IMG/VR virus record: IMGVR_UViG_3300036546_000248
DNA from: a virus
Lineage: Duplodnaviria > Caudoviricetes
DNA length: 64,000 nt
Direction: 5' to 3' (one strand)
Made by a program: the position numbers and the translations under genes. Of this stretch, positions 17,240-26,453 are shown in pieces (within the stretch, counting starts at the first letter, position 1; each line of letters begins with the position of its first letter). The notes beneath the pieces were generated by a model that ran no database searches, was not told where the DNA came from, and saw nothing but the letters and a program-made list of their open reading frames with translations.

Positions 17240-19429
17240 TTACGGAGTTACGGCAACGACGGTCTGACGGTTCTTCAGTACCTTGTCCAGGTTCTTGACC
17301 TTGATGCGAGCAGCGACCGGAACGTTGTTCACGTGCAGGTTACGCGGCTGAACCATGGCCTCTGGGTAGGTACCGCCATCACGAGCAACCATCATGCTGG
17401 AAGCCAGTTCCGGAATCCACGCGTGAACGCCCCACTGCAGCGGGTCACCGGCTTCACACTGGCCGTCACGGGTCAGAGCGATGACGATGGTGTCGTCCAT
17501 ACGGGAGTCGAAGGTCGACTCGATCTGGTAGCTGGCGAACGCGATACCGAAGGTACGGCTGTCGCCGGTAACCATCAGGTGACGCTGCAGCAGTACGTCG
17601 GTACCGATCAGCAGCTTCGGCTGGTTGGAACCGTTGCTCGAGGCATTCAGCGCAGGCTGGAAGCCGGAAGCGCGGTACATGCGGTAGGACACGTCACGAA
17701 TGGCGTTGACCAGCAGAGCGTTGACGTCGGCCGCGCGGTCGATATCACGGATCGAGCTGATCTCTTGTTCCATGTCGATTTCGATGTCTTCGAAGAACGG
17801 GCTGACCAGGAAGCCACCCACACCTTCCACCGACGGCAGGCAACCTTTACGCTGAACGCCACCAACGTACTCTTTCAGAGTGCTGATGTAGTTGAGCAGG
17901 CGGGTCACGGCGTTGTTGGTGTTACGAACGCGAACGGCGTCGATCAGGCTTTCCAGGTCACGCGCATCGCGGTTGGAACCGGCCGGGCTCGGAGCAGAGA
18001 TCGGCGCACCCAGCGGGATGGTGTAACGGAAGACTTGATCGTTGTGGTCGAGCAGCAGACCACGGGTACGACGGTTGCTGTTGGTACGGGCAGCTTTCAG
18101 CTCGTAGCCGAGAACCTGCGAAGAAGCAGTCAGGGCTTGAGCGATGGTGCGGCCAGCGCCGGAGGCCAGGCTGATTTCGTTACCGTCTTCGTCGACGATC
18201 GAAGCCACGTTCACCTTGGAGGCGAACAGTTCAGCGTTACCCAGCTGCACGTTGACGGTACCGGTCACGTTGACCGACAGACGAACGGTGTAGTTGGCAT
18301 CACGAACAGCTTGCAGAACAGCCGGAGCAACGCCAGCAACGTCGGTGGTGTTCTTGTCCAGGACCAGGTCCTGAGTACGGAACGCCAGCGCCATTTCACG
18401 GCCGTCGCCTTCAACCGACTTCACGAAACCGGCACGAGCCAGACGCAGAGTGTTGAAACGAACGATGGTCGGAGCTACGTTGTTGGAAGCGTCGCCTTCG
18501 TCGAGTTGCACGTACAGCTTCTCGAGGCTGATGGCAGCGTCGATGGCATCGGTGTGATCGATGAAACCAGCGCCCAGCAGGCCCGGATGGCTGGACAGAC
18601 CCAGCAGGTCAACCTGCTGACCGATCAGCAGAGGAGCGGTAACGACGTCGACATTGCCGATACGGCGAGTGGTCGGTGCGACCAGAGCTTCCGGAACGAA
18701 CTTGTCGGCGTTGCTGCCGTTGGTCAGAACAGTCGGGATCAGCGCGGTGCTTTCGTCGGCCAGGATGGTGGCGTCGATAGCGGCGTGAACCAGGTTCTTA
18801 CGCTGCCAGTCGCTGCGGTTACCGCTGGACTGGTGCTGGATGGCGTTGTGCACGAGGGTGCGGCGCAGGTGGACTTCGTAGCCGCCCTGGTCGGGGCTGA
18901 CGACGGTAGTCGGGTAGAACATTTCGGAGAAGCTGTCCTGACGGGACGCTTTCACGTTGAAGGCGATCGAGTACGGGATGAACTTGGCCAGTTCACGCTC
19001 GTCGAACGCTTCGAGGGACGGAGTTTCGCGGACGTCGACCGAACCGGCGGCACCGGAGGTAGCAACTTCCAGACGCTCACCACCTTCAGCAGGAGCGGAG
19101 CGCAGAGCGATGTCGGCGTACTCGGCAGGTGCGCCAGCGGCCATGGCAGCGATGGCACCAGCTTCCAGTTGCGCGTCGGTCAGCTCTTCGCCAGCTTCGT
19201 CGCCTTCCATGGAAACCGACAGAGCGTTCTTGATTTCGCCTTTCAGCATGTCGGCAGTGCGGGTCAGTTCGCCCAGGGAGGCCGCGTCCAGCGATTCCAT
19301 GCTGATCACTTGTTGGGTGATCTGACGGGAGCTGAGGTCGGTACCTTGCGAGTCGATGGTGCTGCGCAGAGCGCCTACAGCAGTGGCCAGAGCGGAACCC
19401 TGTCCGGATTTCGAATTGATACGAGACAT
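17240..19429 (-). CDS. Major capsid protein (phiKZ gp120-like)
   Basis: 729 aa; propeptide with ISME/VSME/PSLE protease sites; strong codon bias; RQDSFSEMFYPT and ARTNSNRRTRG motifs; adjacent to DnaB as in phiKZ. Confidence 0.85.
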   Translation of the reverse strand: MSRINSKSGQGSALATAVGALRSTIDSQGTDLSSRQITQQVISMESLDAASLGELTRTADMLKGEIKNALSVSMEGDEAGEELTDAQLEAGAIAAMAAGAPAEYADIALRSAPAEGGERLEVATSGAAGSVDVRETPSLEAFDERELAKFIPYSIAFNVKASRQDSFSEMFYPTTVVSPDQGGYEVHLRRTLVHNAIQHQSSGNRSDWQRKNLVHAAIDATILADESTALIPTVLTNGSNADKFVPEALVAPTTRRIGNVDVVTAPLLIGQQVDLLGLSSHPGLLGAGFIDHTDAIDAAISLEKLYVQLDEGDASNNVAPTIVRFNTLRLARAGFVKSVEGDGREMALAFRTQDLVLDKNTTDVAGVAPAVLQAVRDANYTVRLSVNVTGTVNVQLGNAELFASKVNVASIVDEDGNEISLASGAGRTIAQALTASSQVLGYELKAARTNSNRRTRGLLLDHNDQVFRYTIPLGAPISAPSPAGSNRDARDLESLIDAVRVRNTNNAVTRLLNYISTLKEYVGGVQRKGCLPSVEGVGGFLVSPFFEDIEIDMEQEISSIRDIDRAADVNALLVNAIRDVSYRMYRASGFQPALNASSNGSNQPKLLIGTDVLLQRHLMVTGDSRTFGIAFASYQIESTFDSRMDDTIVIALTRDGQCEAGDPLQWGVHAWIPELASSMMVARDGGTYPEAMVQPRNLHVNNVPVAARIKVKNLDKVLKNRQTVVAVTP

Positions 19430-19483
19430 GTGTTGAGTCCTTACCTTATTTCAGATACAGTGGGGAGTACGGCAGAAGTCGCC

Positions 19484-19487
19484 TCAT
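19484..19487 (-). promoter_or_regulatory. Probable late promoter (TATG) of the capsid gene
   Basis: TATG about 55 nt upstream of the MCP start; the phiKZ late consensus is TATG; the motif is short, so evidence is weak. Confidence 0.4.
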
Positions 19488-19601
19488 AGTGTAGGTACAT
19501 CTACAGGAAACAATTTAATCTGCTATACCATTTGCAAAAAATCCACTTCCTTGCAGAAAGCAGAAACTTGTTGGCTTGGCGTTAAACTCCATAGAATAGA
19601 G

Positions 19602-20159
19602 TTAGGCGACCAATCCTTTCAAATAGTTGATAAACACCGGCTTGTCAGCCAACTCTGGCAACTTATGCTTCAGCAGGTGTTGACCAAACAACCGCTCCTT
19701 AAACAGGCGCTCGGCTTGTCGCACTACTTCGTTGGGCGTACCCACCTCGTGCTGACCCAGCGTGACGACGATGTACTCGTCATCCAGCACAGTGCAGCTA
19801 TAACATAGTGGCGCACCCTCCACGAAATTGCGGCCGATCAGATGCTCCAACGGATTGAACTGTTGGGTCTGAGCAGGGTTGTTAACCTCAGTGGCAGGAT
19901 TGAGCTTCATTTCCAGATAGCTCATATACGAACTGACTCGTGCATCCTGAAGGGCCAGAGCCTGTTCAGTGATCTCGTAACAGCCCGTATAGACGGCACC
20001 AGAGACGTGTAGCGGCCACGCATTAACCATGGCGTAAACCGATACATCTTCAGCTGATGTTATAGACAGAACTTTTTTAACGTCGGTGACAGCAGACAAC
20101 GGAAGCCCATGGGCTGCCAGGGTTTGCTCCAGCCACCGAGGAACAATGATCAACTTCAT
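19602..20159 (-). CDS. Conserved hypothetical protein between capsid and helicase
   Basis: 185-aa ORF with GGAG RBS. Confidence 0.65.
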   Translation of the reverse strand: MKLIIVPRWLEQTLAAHGLPLSAVTDVKKVLSITSAEDVSVYAMVNAWPLHVSGAVYTGCYEITEQALALQDARVSSYMSYLEMKLNPATEVNNPAQTQQFNPLEHLIGRNFVEGAPLCYSCTVLDDEYIVVTLGQHEVGTPNEVVRQAERLFKERLFGQHLLKHKLPELADKPVFINYLKGLVA

Positions 20160-20180
20160 GTTTTACTCCTAGGAAAGACA

Positions 20181-21713
20181 ATGGACTTCAATATTTTGCT
20201 GGTTCAGGTGATTACCCTTTTGTATCGGGAAAGTCAGCTGGACAACCGGACGAGTAACTCTGCCGAATTGGCGAATACCGTCGTAGGTACCATCAAGCTT
20301 CCTGACACCACCGTAGAGATGGATCGTAGTCGCGATACCTTGGTCTCTCTGCGCAGCACAGCCTTGTGGATGATCGGCAACCCGCCGACACAGGACTACG
20401 ATCGCGGAATGCTGCTTCAAAGGATACGTGTAAACGTTGGTGATGACGAGTATCTCTACCAAGCTGTGGAGATGGCCACACAAGACCTTCCTGACATCGG
20501 TGCTGTTAAGAAGGCAGTGCTCGAATACCGTGCTTCGCTGAACTCGTATGTCAACCTGGCAGCGGTTGAGGAAATCCTCAAGAACAACTACCACAAGCTT
20601 GCTTTTCATCGCGGTGCCATTGGACGAGACTTCGTAGGCGAGATTGTCACGGCCCTCGAACCTTACCAAGCCGGTACAGGTGCTATTGCTAACCCTGCCA
20701 TCGTTGGTGAAGCCGACCTTGATGACATGGAGAAGGTACTGGCTCTGTTGGAACAGTCGCGTGATGAACTGTCCAACGAAGGTATCCTCAAAACCGGTTG
20801 GCAAGCGATCAACCGGATGTTTGGTGATCAGGACGGTGCACGGCGCGGTGAGCAGATTCTGGTAGGTGCACTCCAGCACAACTACAAAACAGGTTTTACC
20901 CTGAACCTGTTTAAGCACTTCTGTATCTACAATAAACCGTACATGCGTGACCCTTCCAAGAAACCGATGGGTGTGCACATCTCGGCTGAGAACAACCTCA
21001 ACGACAACATCATGCAGCTCTACGTCTCGCTTCGTGAGAACGAAACCAAAGAGCCGGTGGTGTTGCGTGAGGTGGATATCGACTATGCCTCCAAGTACGT
21101 TAAGGAAAAGCTCCAGGAGACGGGTTACTCCATCCGGATGCTTCGGGTAGACCCCAGCCTTTTCACGTACCGGGACTACATGGACTTGATCACTCGCTAC
21201 GAGTCCGAAGGCTACGAAATCCACTTCTGTGTGTTCGACTACCTGAACATGATCAACAAGAAGGGTTGTCAGCAAGGCCCGCACGGTTTTGAAACACGTG
21301 ATCTGTTCCGGAGGATGCGTAACTTCAATACCCCACGAGGCATCACCTATATCACACCACACCAGTTGTCGACTCAAGCCAAAGAACTCGTACGTTCCAA
21401 CATCGAGAACTTTGTCCAAGAGATTGCCAACAAAGGTTACTACGACTCCTGCCGGACGATCGACCAAGAAGTGGATATGGAGATTGCGATCCACATCGAG
21501 AAGATGAATGGTAAGAGCTACCTGACTGTACAGCGAGGTAAGCACAGAAAGTTGGGGGTGACTAAGAACGAACACCTTTACACTGTACTTAAGTTTGAAC
21601 CTGTAGGGGGAGGAATACCCGACGACATTAATGGACCCGATATGTCTCTAAGAGCAGTTGGCGGAAGCGCCGTATCTTCAAGCGAACAGACTGACACTTG
21701 GTGGGCTAACTAA
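20181..21713 (+). CDS. dnaB: DnaB-like replicative helicase (phiKZ gp118-like)
   Basis: Divergent Walker A GALQHNYKTG, Walker B CVFDYLNM, ITPHQLS and QRGKHR motifs. Confidence 0.85.
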   Translation: MDFNILLVQVITLLYRESQLDNRTSNSAELANTVVGTIKLPDTTVEMDRSRDTLVSLRSTALWMIGNPPTQDYDRGMLLQRIRVNVGDDEYLYQAVEMATQDLPDIGAVKKAVLEYRASLNSYVNLAAVEEILKNNYHKLAFHRGAIGRDFVGEIVTALEPYQAGTGAIANPAIVGEADLDDMEKVLALLEQSRDELSNEGILKTGWQAINRMFGDQDGARRGEQILVGALQHNYKTGFTLNLFKHFCIYNKPYMRDPSKKPMGVHISAENNLNDNIMQLYVSLRENETKEPVVLREVDIDYASKYVKEKLQETGYSIRMLRVDPSLFTYRDYMDLITRYESEGYEIHFCVFDYLNMINKKGCQQGPHGFETRDLFRRMRNFNTPRGITYITPHQLSTQAKELVRSNIENFVQEIANKGYYDSCRTIDQEVDMEIAIHIEKMNGKSYLTVQRGKHRKLGVTKNEHLYTVLKFEPVGGGIPDDINGPDMSLRAVGGSAVSSSEQTDTWWAN

Positions 21714-21726
21714 AGTCGGCATAAAC

Positions 21727-21753
21727 GAGGTCTTCCCCTTCGGGGGAAGCCTC
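21727..21753 (+). terminator. Helicase terminator (UUCG loop)
   Basis: GAGG-CTTCCCC-TTCG-GGGAAG-CCTC followed by CCCTTTTATG. Confidence 0.7.
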
Positions 21754-21779
21754 ACCCTTTTATGACCTCTGTATTCTAG

Positions 21780-22060
21780 GCGGCATAAAAGTTATTCCGA
21801 CCACTAAGCCTACGGGTGCACTCCGCGCTTAGTGGTCGGTCTAACCCCGTCACCTAACAACACCCGCGCACAAAAGCTGGGTATAGGCTTGACGGCTGCT
21901 CACTGACTTGACGGGTCAGAAGCGTTCTCGTTCGTCCCCTGAGTGTCAATTCAGGGCACACGTTAAGCGCTCTTAGGCGCTGAAAGGGCTTTCGTAACCC
22001 TCACCACCTGCACGATGAGTCAGTGATGGAGCGTATCTTTAACACTCATTAAAAACCCCA
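21780..22060 (-). ncRNA. Candidate structured non-coding RNA A (about 280 nt)
   Basis: No ORF; 13-bp perfect IR 21797-21809/21827-21839; 9-bp long-range stem 21900-21908/22018-22026 enclosing three hairpins; AAAAATTAC middle-promoter-like motif upstream; TTTTATGCCG downstream. Confidence 0.45.
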
Positions 22061-22101
22061 CAAAAGTAATTTTTTACAGAATTGGGTAAAAGTATACTTT
22101 T

Positions 22102-22680
22102 TTTGACCATTAGTTTGAGAGTAATGTACTCTCTTCACTTAAGGTACCCCCAGTACCATAACCTAATCAAGCTTCGTGCTTGCGTATCGGACTAACCACT
22201 GTGAATAATCACAACGTCCTGAACGGGTGTGACTGTCGCCAGCAGTCACCAAAGACCCCGTTTGAAACTGGTTTAGCTCGTAACACCGTAACACCCTTCA
22301 CTGTCGCTGATCGTCAGCAAACCTCTCACGAGGGTTTTCTCAGTGTCGCGTTGTTCCTCTTGATCGGCGATCTTTCTAATAGAACCGTTCAGTGTGGGAA
22401 AACTGCAATTCATCGCGGTTTGGTAACTTTGTTGTTTAAGACAAAGCCTCTCTTTAAAGTTCTCTCCAACCAGAACTTTAGTCGGGTTTTTAAAAGTGTT
22501 CAGTTGGGCGTTGGCCGCAAGTCGCGTGTACTCTCTACACCTATTGTCGCAGCGTTCTACGCAGGTTCTTATTGTGAATACCTCACAACGAGTACCAACC
22601 GGTAACGATAGCGCCCCTGCCACAGGGCCACCCTTAGGAGGACTCCCGTGTAGGGAGCCTCCAAGGGATCGTTATGCCGC
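22102..22680 (+). ncRNA. Candidate large structured non-coding RNA B (about 570 nt)
   Basis: More than 10 hairpins and nested stems; only unconvincing ORFs; ends in a 15-bp interrupted stem 22631-22667 followed by TTATGCCG. Confidence 0.45.
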
Positions 22681-23067
22681 TTATTTTCCAAAGCCTTTTA
22701 TGCCGGCAGAGCTAAAGAGCCGTTTGGTACTGTAGTAACCAAAAGCTCGACCACTGTACCCGTGGCTTTTTGGCAGTGAGACTTCCACCACCATCAGTCC
22801 TTGATCGTCAAAACGACGTTCAAGCATCTCCCCTAAGCTGACAATGAAGTCGACTTCGCGGTGTTTGAGTTCAGAGAACAGGCTGTCACTGACATACAAG
22901 CAAAAGCGTTGGCGGTAGTATTGACTGTCATTCTTCACCCGGTAGGTGACATAACCACTACAGCTCTTCTCAATGTCATCCTCAATATCAGCGATGGGCA
23001 TGAAAATCGTGTTAGGTAATACTTGAATAACATCGCCGTTCTCCACCATAGCGTCCAATGTAATCAT
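22681..23067 (-). CDS. Hypothetical protein
   Basis: 128-aa ORF with GAGGT RBS. Confidence 0.6.
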   Translation of the reverse strand: MITLDAMVENGDVIQVLPNTIFMPIADIEDDIEKSCSGYVTYRVKNDSQYYRQRFCLYVSDSLFSELKHREVDFIVSLGEMLERRFDDQGLMVVEVSLPKSHGYSGRAFGYYSTKRLFSSAGIKGFGK

Positions 23068-23102
23068 CTACTACACCTCGGATTACGTGACTGGTGCTGT
23101 GG

Positions 23103-23624
23103 CTAAAGGACAGTCTTAAGGACAAACCCATCGAAGAAGTTTTTAAGCACGATTGGATCAGTTTGAAGGTGTACTTTAGCAGCGCTAGGTTTAGTGAATC
23201 TTCCGCCGGTGAAGGTCCGGTGTAGATCCACGCCACCTCGAATTAATGTGAGTTTCCACTTAGCCACTTTTAGTACTTGTAAAGCTTCGTAGAAAATGGA
23301 GTCGACTCGTGCCCGGCTGATCACCTTCGGTCCGGTCGGAGTCATGAGTTCTGGTTTCTCACACAGTTTGTCGTGTAAGGCTACCGCTTGGTCGTATTCA
23401 CCGTGACGCGGTAAGAGTGACCAGACAATGCGTGGGATATCGGCTCCATTGGTCAGAAAACCCAATTCGACGTCAACCCATTCGTCACTGCCCTTAGTAC
23501 CCACATAATACCGGAATGGTACACACACCCGCCAGAAATCTCCGGCCAGTATGAAACTTGCATTCTCGTCATAGGCAAACGCCGTGCGGTTACTCAGATT
23601 GGTGAATCCAACAAAAGTATCCAT
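23103..23624 (-). CDS. DUF1353-family protein
   Basis: GFLTNGADIPR...AVALHDKL matches the family pattern GFxTDxASIPR...HDxLY; AAGGAAG RBS. Confidence 0.7.
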   Translation of the reverse strand: MDTFVGFTNLSNRTAFAYDENASFILAGDFWRVCVPFRYYVGTKGSDEWVDVELGFLTNGADIPRIVWSLLPRHGEYDQAVALHDKLCEKPELMTPTGPKVISRARVDSIFYEALQVLKVAKWKLTLIRGGVDLHRTFTGGRFTKPSAAKVHLQTDPIVLKNFFDGFVLKTVL

Positions 23625-23725
23625 AAGCTTCCTTGTGAAGGCTAACGAAAAAAAAAAAGGACGAGGCCCTCTCATAAAATAGGCGGCATAGACGGGGCCG
23701 TAGCCCCGTCTAAACCAAGTAGCAA

Positions 23726-23863
23726 CTATTTCGCCAAGAGGTACAACCAATACCCAAGGTTCGCTAGCAGGAATGCGCAGTTACCCACCAGAAAGTTCCG
23801 GTCGGCTAGAAAGGCCCTACGACGCTCCTGTTGCAGCACCAGCGCTCTGTCGAACACTACCAT
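23726..23863 (-). CDS. Small (45 aa) hydrophobic protein missed by the ORF track
   Basis: AAGGAG RBS plus ATG: MVVFDRALVLQQERRRAFLADRNFLVGNCAFLLANLGYWLYLLAK. Confidence 0.6.
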   Translation of the reverse strand: MVVFDRALVLQQERRRAFLADRNFLVGNCAFLLANLGYWLYLLAK

Positions 23864-23886
23864 GGCTTACTCCTTAAACGCCTTGC

Positions 23887-24555
23887 TTAGACCAATCCAA
23901 AGGCGTTGTGTAGACGTTTGATCATCACACGGCCATCGTCCGCATGCTGTTCTTCGGTTTCCACTTGGATGGAGGTGATGTACCGCGAGGGTACTACGAA
24001 ACGACCTTTGTCATCGCGTGGGAAGAACTGTACAACATACTCGTTCTCCAGTTGATCAGTGACCATGTCGGCCGAAAGGACGTGGAACTGTTTCTGATCC
24101 CCGTACGCACGTAACGTGAGGTTTTCCAACCACCCCTCTTTACATTCGTCATCGGCGTAGTACCGAGGGAACTCGATATCGCGGGTCATGTTGGTGATGC
24201 GTACCGGCTGGTACTCACGCTTCATGAACTCTCGCACCAGGTTCAGGTTGTGTTCATCGTTGGCGAACATCCCGAAGGTATTGAAGCGACTGCCCAACAC
24301 CAACAGAATCACCCGACGGCGAAACGTTTTGCGTTCAGGGTCAAAGGTGGAGATGGGGGAGAAGCGTTCTTTGAAAGCTTCTTCGGTGTTGTAAAAGAGC
24401 GTGCCGCGCACACTGTCGAACGATTCGGTCAACAGGGAATACACCACCTGCTTTTGCGAACAGTCATCGGCGTGACTGGCCACCCCATGAAACATCACCG
24501 GAAAGCCGCTGCCGCTGATGTAGATGGTGCTCGTGATTGGGTTGTGGTCAAGCAT
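23887..24555 (-). CDS. Hypothetical protein
   Basis: GGAG RBS before MLDHNP; coupled to the upstream gene. Confidence 0.65.
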   Translation of the reverse strand: MLDHNPITSTIYISGSGFPVMFHGVASHADDCSQKQVVYSLLTESFDSVRGTLFYNTEEAFKERFSPISTFDPERKTFRRRVILLVLGSRFNTFGMFANDEHNLNLVREFMKREYQPVRITNMTRDIEFPRYYADDECKEGWLENLTLRAYGDQKQFHVLSADMVTDQLENEYVVQFFPRDDKGRFVVPSRYITSIQVETEEQHADDGRVMIKRLHNAFGLV

Positions 24556-24913
24556 TGATACTGTTCTCCAAAACAACGTAGCCAACGGTTCCGTTGGTCA
24601 GGTGATATTCCTGAAGCACCATGCCTTTCCACGGCACCTGCTGACCGACCTTAGCCCCTTCGAACAGGTTCTCAGCCGAGTTGGTCAACATCCGGACACT
24701 GCCGAGATGGCCGACGTGGTTGTTCAGCTCTTCGAGGGATTCGGTTGTAGCGTTGATGCGACACCCTTTGACATTGAAGTAGACGATGCCGCCGGATGCT
24801 TTACCGACCCCGACTGTGGTCCGCTTAGGGTGGAAGGTGTTAAAGTCCACACCCTCGATCACGCCCAGCTTCTTCCCCAACCCCAGTTTTTTGAAAGTCA
24901 TAAAGCTACCCAT
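24548..24913 (-). CDS. Hypothetical protein
   Basis: 121-aa ORF directly after folA. Confidence 0.6.
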   Translation of the reverse strand: MGSFMTFKKLGLGKKLGVIEGVDFNTFHPKRTTVGVGKASGGIVYFNVKGCRINATTESLEELNNHVGHLGSVRMLTNSAENLFEGAKVGQQVPWKGMVLQEYHLTNGTVGYVVLENSINA

Positions 24914-24916
24914 GTC

Positions 24917-25420
24917 TTACGCTCCTTGCTTTTTGTAGTGTTTAGTGACGACCTTTACCCCGTGCTCCCATTCCGTAAATGTCATGGGGCCCACATACCC
25001 GTCAAGGGGTGGGGTGTAGTAAGTATCGCCTTCGTAATCCTCATCGATGTGGGTGATGAGGTACTCGTCTACGCCGTAGGTGTCGGCAGTTTCGTAGAGT
25101 TGTTTTCCACCTATGACGTAAACAAAACCCGTTTCAGAAACACTTTTGGCAAAGGCCAGTGCTTCTGGGTACGTGTTGAAAACCCGAAGAGATTCATCTG
25201 TGGGCAGATTCAAAGAGCGTGTGACGACGATGTTGAGGCGGCCGGGTAGCGGCTTGCCGAGGCTCTTCCACGTATTGGCACCCATGAGGATCGGGCTGCC
25301 CATGGTGGTCTGGCGAAAGTACTGCATGTCGCACTTGAACCGGGGCCATGGCAAAGCGTTTTCCTTGCCAATAACTCCATTGCGAGCGATTGCAACGATT
25401 GAGCGAACTTTGACTGTCAT
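24917..25420 (-). CDS. folA: Dihydrofolate reductase
   Basis: NGVIGKENALPWP, MGANTWKSLGKPLPGRLNIVVT, VIGGKQLY and EGDTYY motifs. Confidence 0.95.
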   Translation of the reverse strand: MTVKVRSIVAIARNGVIGKENALPWPRFKCDMQYFRQTTMGSPILMGANTWKSLGKPLPGRLNIVVTRSLNLPTDESLRVFNTYPEALAFAKSVSETGFVYVIGGKQLYETADTYGVDEYLITHIDEDYEGDTYYTPPLDGYVGPMTFTEWEHGVKVVTKHYKKQGA

Positions 25421-25745
25421 TCGATGACTTCCTAGTTTGTACCGCAACTAAAGTGACTTGGCGACGCGCAAGGGCCGCGCACACCCACTCCAACTCGATC
25501 CAGGAGATGCCTGAGACATCTAACCCGTAACGCGGGGAGTGTTGAGCAGTTGGTTGTTTTATCCCTTCCAAGGTCAACAGGGCTATACATCCTTGTAGCC
25601 TCTGGAAGTGGTCCAGCATTTTACTTGCAGCGATTTCCAGCGGAACGTACCGCGCTCCGCTATTGCAGTAGAAGCGTAACTTCAACGTCGGGAAATACGC
25701 CAGAAATACCGAAAGCTGCTCAGAGTTGAGCGACGGCAGTTTCAT
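25194..25745 (-). CDS. Hypothetical protein whose 3' half overlaps folA out of frame
   Basis: The first roughly 105 aa look protein-like and fill the gap; the rest overlaps folA. Confidence 0.4.
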   Translation of the reverse strand: MKLPSLNSEQLSVFLAYFPTLKLRFYCNSGARYVPLEIAASKMLDHFQRLQGCIALLTLEGIKQPTAQHSPRYGLDVSGISWIELEWVCAALARRQVTLVAVQTRKSSNDSQSSLNRCNRSQWSYWQGKRFAMAPVQVRHAVLSPDHHGQPDPHGCQYVEEPRQAATRPPQHRRHTLFESAHR

Positions 25746-26343
25746 CCCCAAGACGACTTCTCCTTGCTGCTTGTTGAGCAGCCAATTCGTTGTGTGTGAA
25801 AGTTGCTTCTAAGACCTCACCCTCCCCAGGGTAATACAACAGGTCTTTGTAAGGAACCGGTCCACCGATGTTTTTGATTGCCCACCAACGAGGGATGCCT
25901 TTAAAACCCCAGTTACCGAACATCAAGAACTCCGCCTCGATGTTGTCTACAATGCGGTGATGCCAGATCAACCAAAAGAGCGCAGCGGTGTAGATTTCAG
26001 TTTCGTTCTCGTGGGCCCACAACAGGTCTTCTTCGGTTTCGTAGGTGACGTCAATGCCCCACACTACACCGTTGTGGATGACCATCCCCATTACACCCGC
26101 ATCGCCCAGCTTACGAGCAGGGAGTGCGTAATACAGATAGTCGTCAATGTAATTGTCAAGTTTACGGGAGGCTGACTCGACATTGCGGTCGAGAATACAT
26201 TTTTTGATAAAGCCTTGGGCCACTTCAGGTTTGACCTTGACTTTACCTTTGTACATGTCAACCGCTTTTTTATACATCGCTTTCTTACCATGGTTGATCT
26301 CAATCAACTTCAGAATCAAAAAAGCATCCAAGTCATGATACAT
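25720..26343 (-). CDS. Hypothetical protein
   Basis: 207-aa ORF with AAGGA RBS. Confidence 0.65.
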   Translation of the reverse strand: MYHDLDAFLILKLIEINHGKKAMYKKAVDMYKGKVKVKPEVAQGFIKKCILDRNVESASRKLDNYIDDYLYYALPARKLGDAGVMGMVIHNGVVWGIDVTYETEEDLLWAHENETEIYTAALFWLIWHHRIVDNIEAEFLMFGNWGFKGIPRWWAIKNIGGPVPYKDLLYYPGEGEVLEATFTHNELAAQQAARRSRLGDETAVAQL

Positions 26344-26453
26344 AATGCGTATCCTTTCTTCCGTTTAGGAATGTAAGTTTAAGTGAAACTCTACAGGGCT
26401 TAGGCGTGAGCCTAAGACCCTATAGAAAAATGCAGGAATGTTTTTATTTATCG

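Noticed and set aside
17333-19489. 718-aa antisense ORF opposite the major capsid gene (also 62342..63607, 29591..31213, 20169..21575, 51785..52693, 10830..11879)
   Set aside because: Shadow ORFs: strong avoidance of TTA/CTA/TCA codons in highly expressed sense genes removes antisense stops; no RBS and non-protein-like composition
22117-22133. GTAATGTA as an early promoter
   Set aside because: Lacks the A-tract upstream element of the true copies and forms part of a hairpin
22186-22486. Group I intron (GACUA/UAGUC P7-like pair)
   Set aside because: P3-P6 core elements and flanking exons were not identifiable, and the region is intergenic
22180-22623. ORFs 22180..22605 (+) and 22273..22623 (-)
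   Set aside because: No RBS, atypical composition, and coincide with dense RNA-like pairing; treated as non-coding, though not proven
25194-25420. Functional dual-coding overlap between the upstream ORF and folA
   Set aside because: The overlapping tail looks like read-through of a lost stop codon and has no recognisable features
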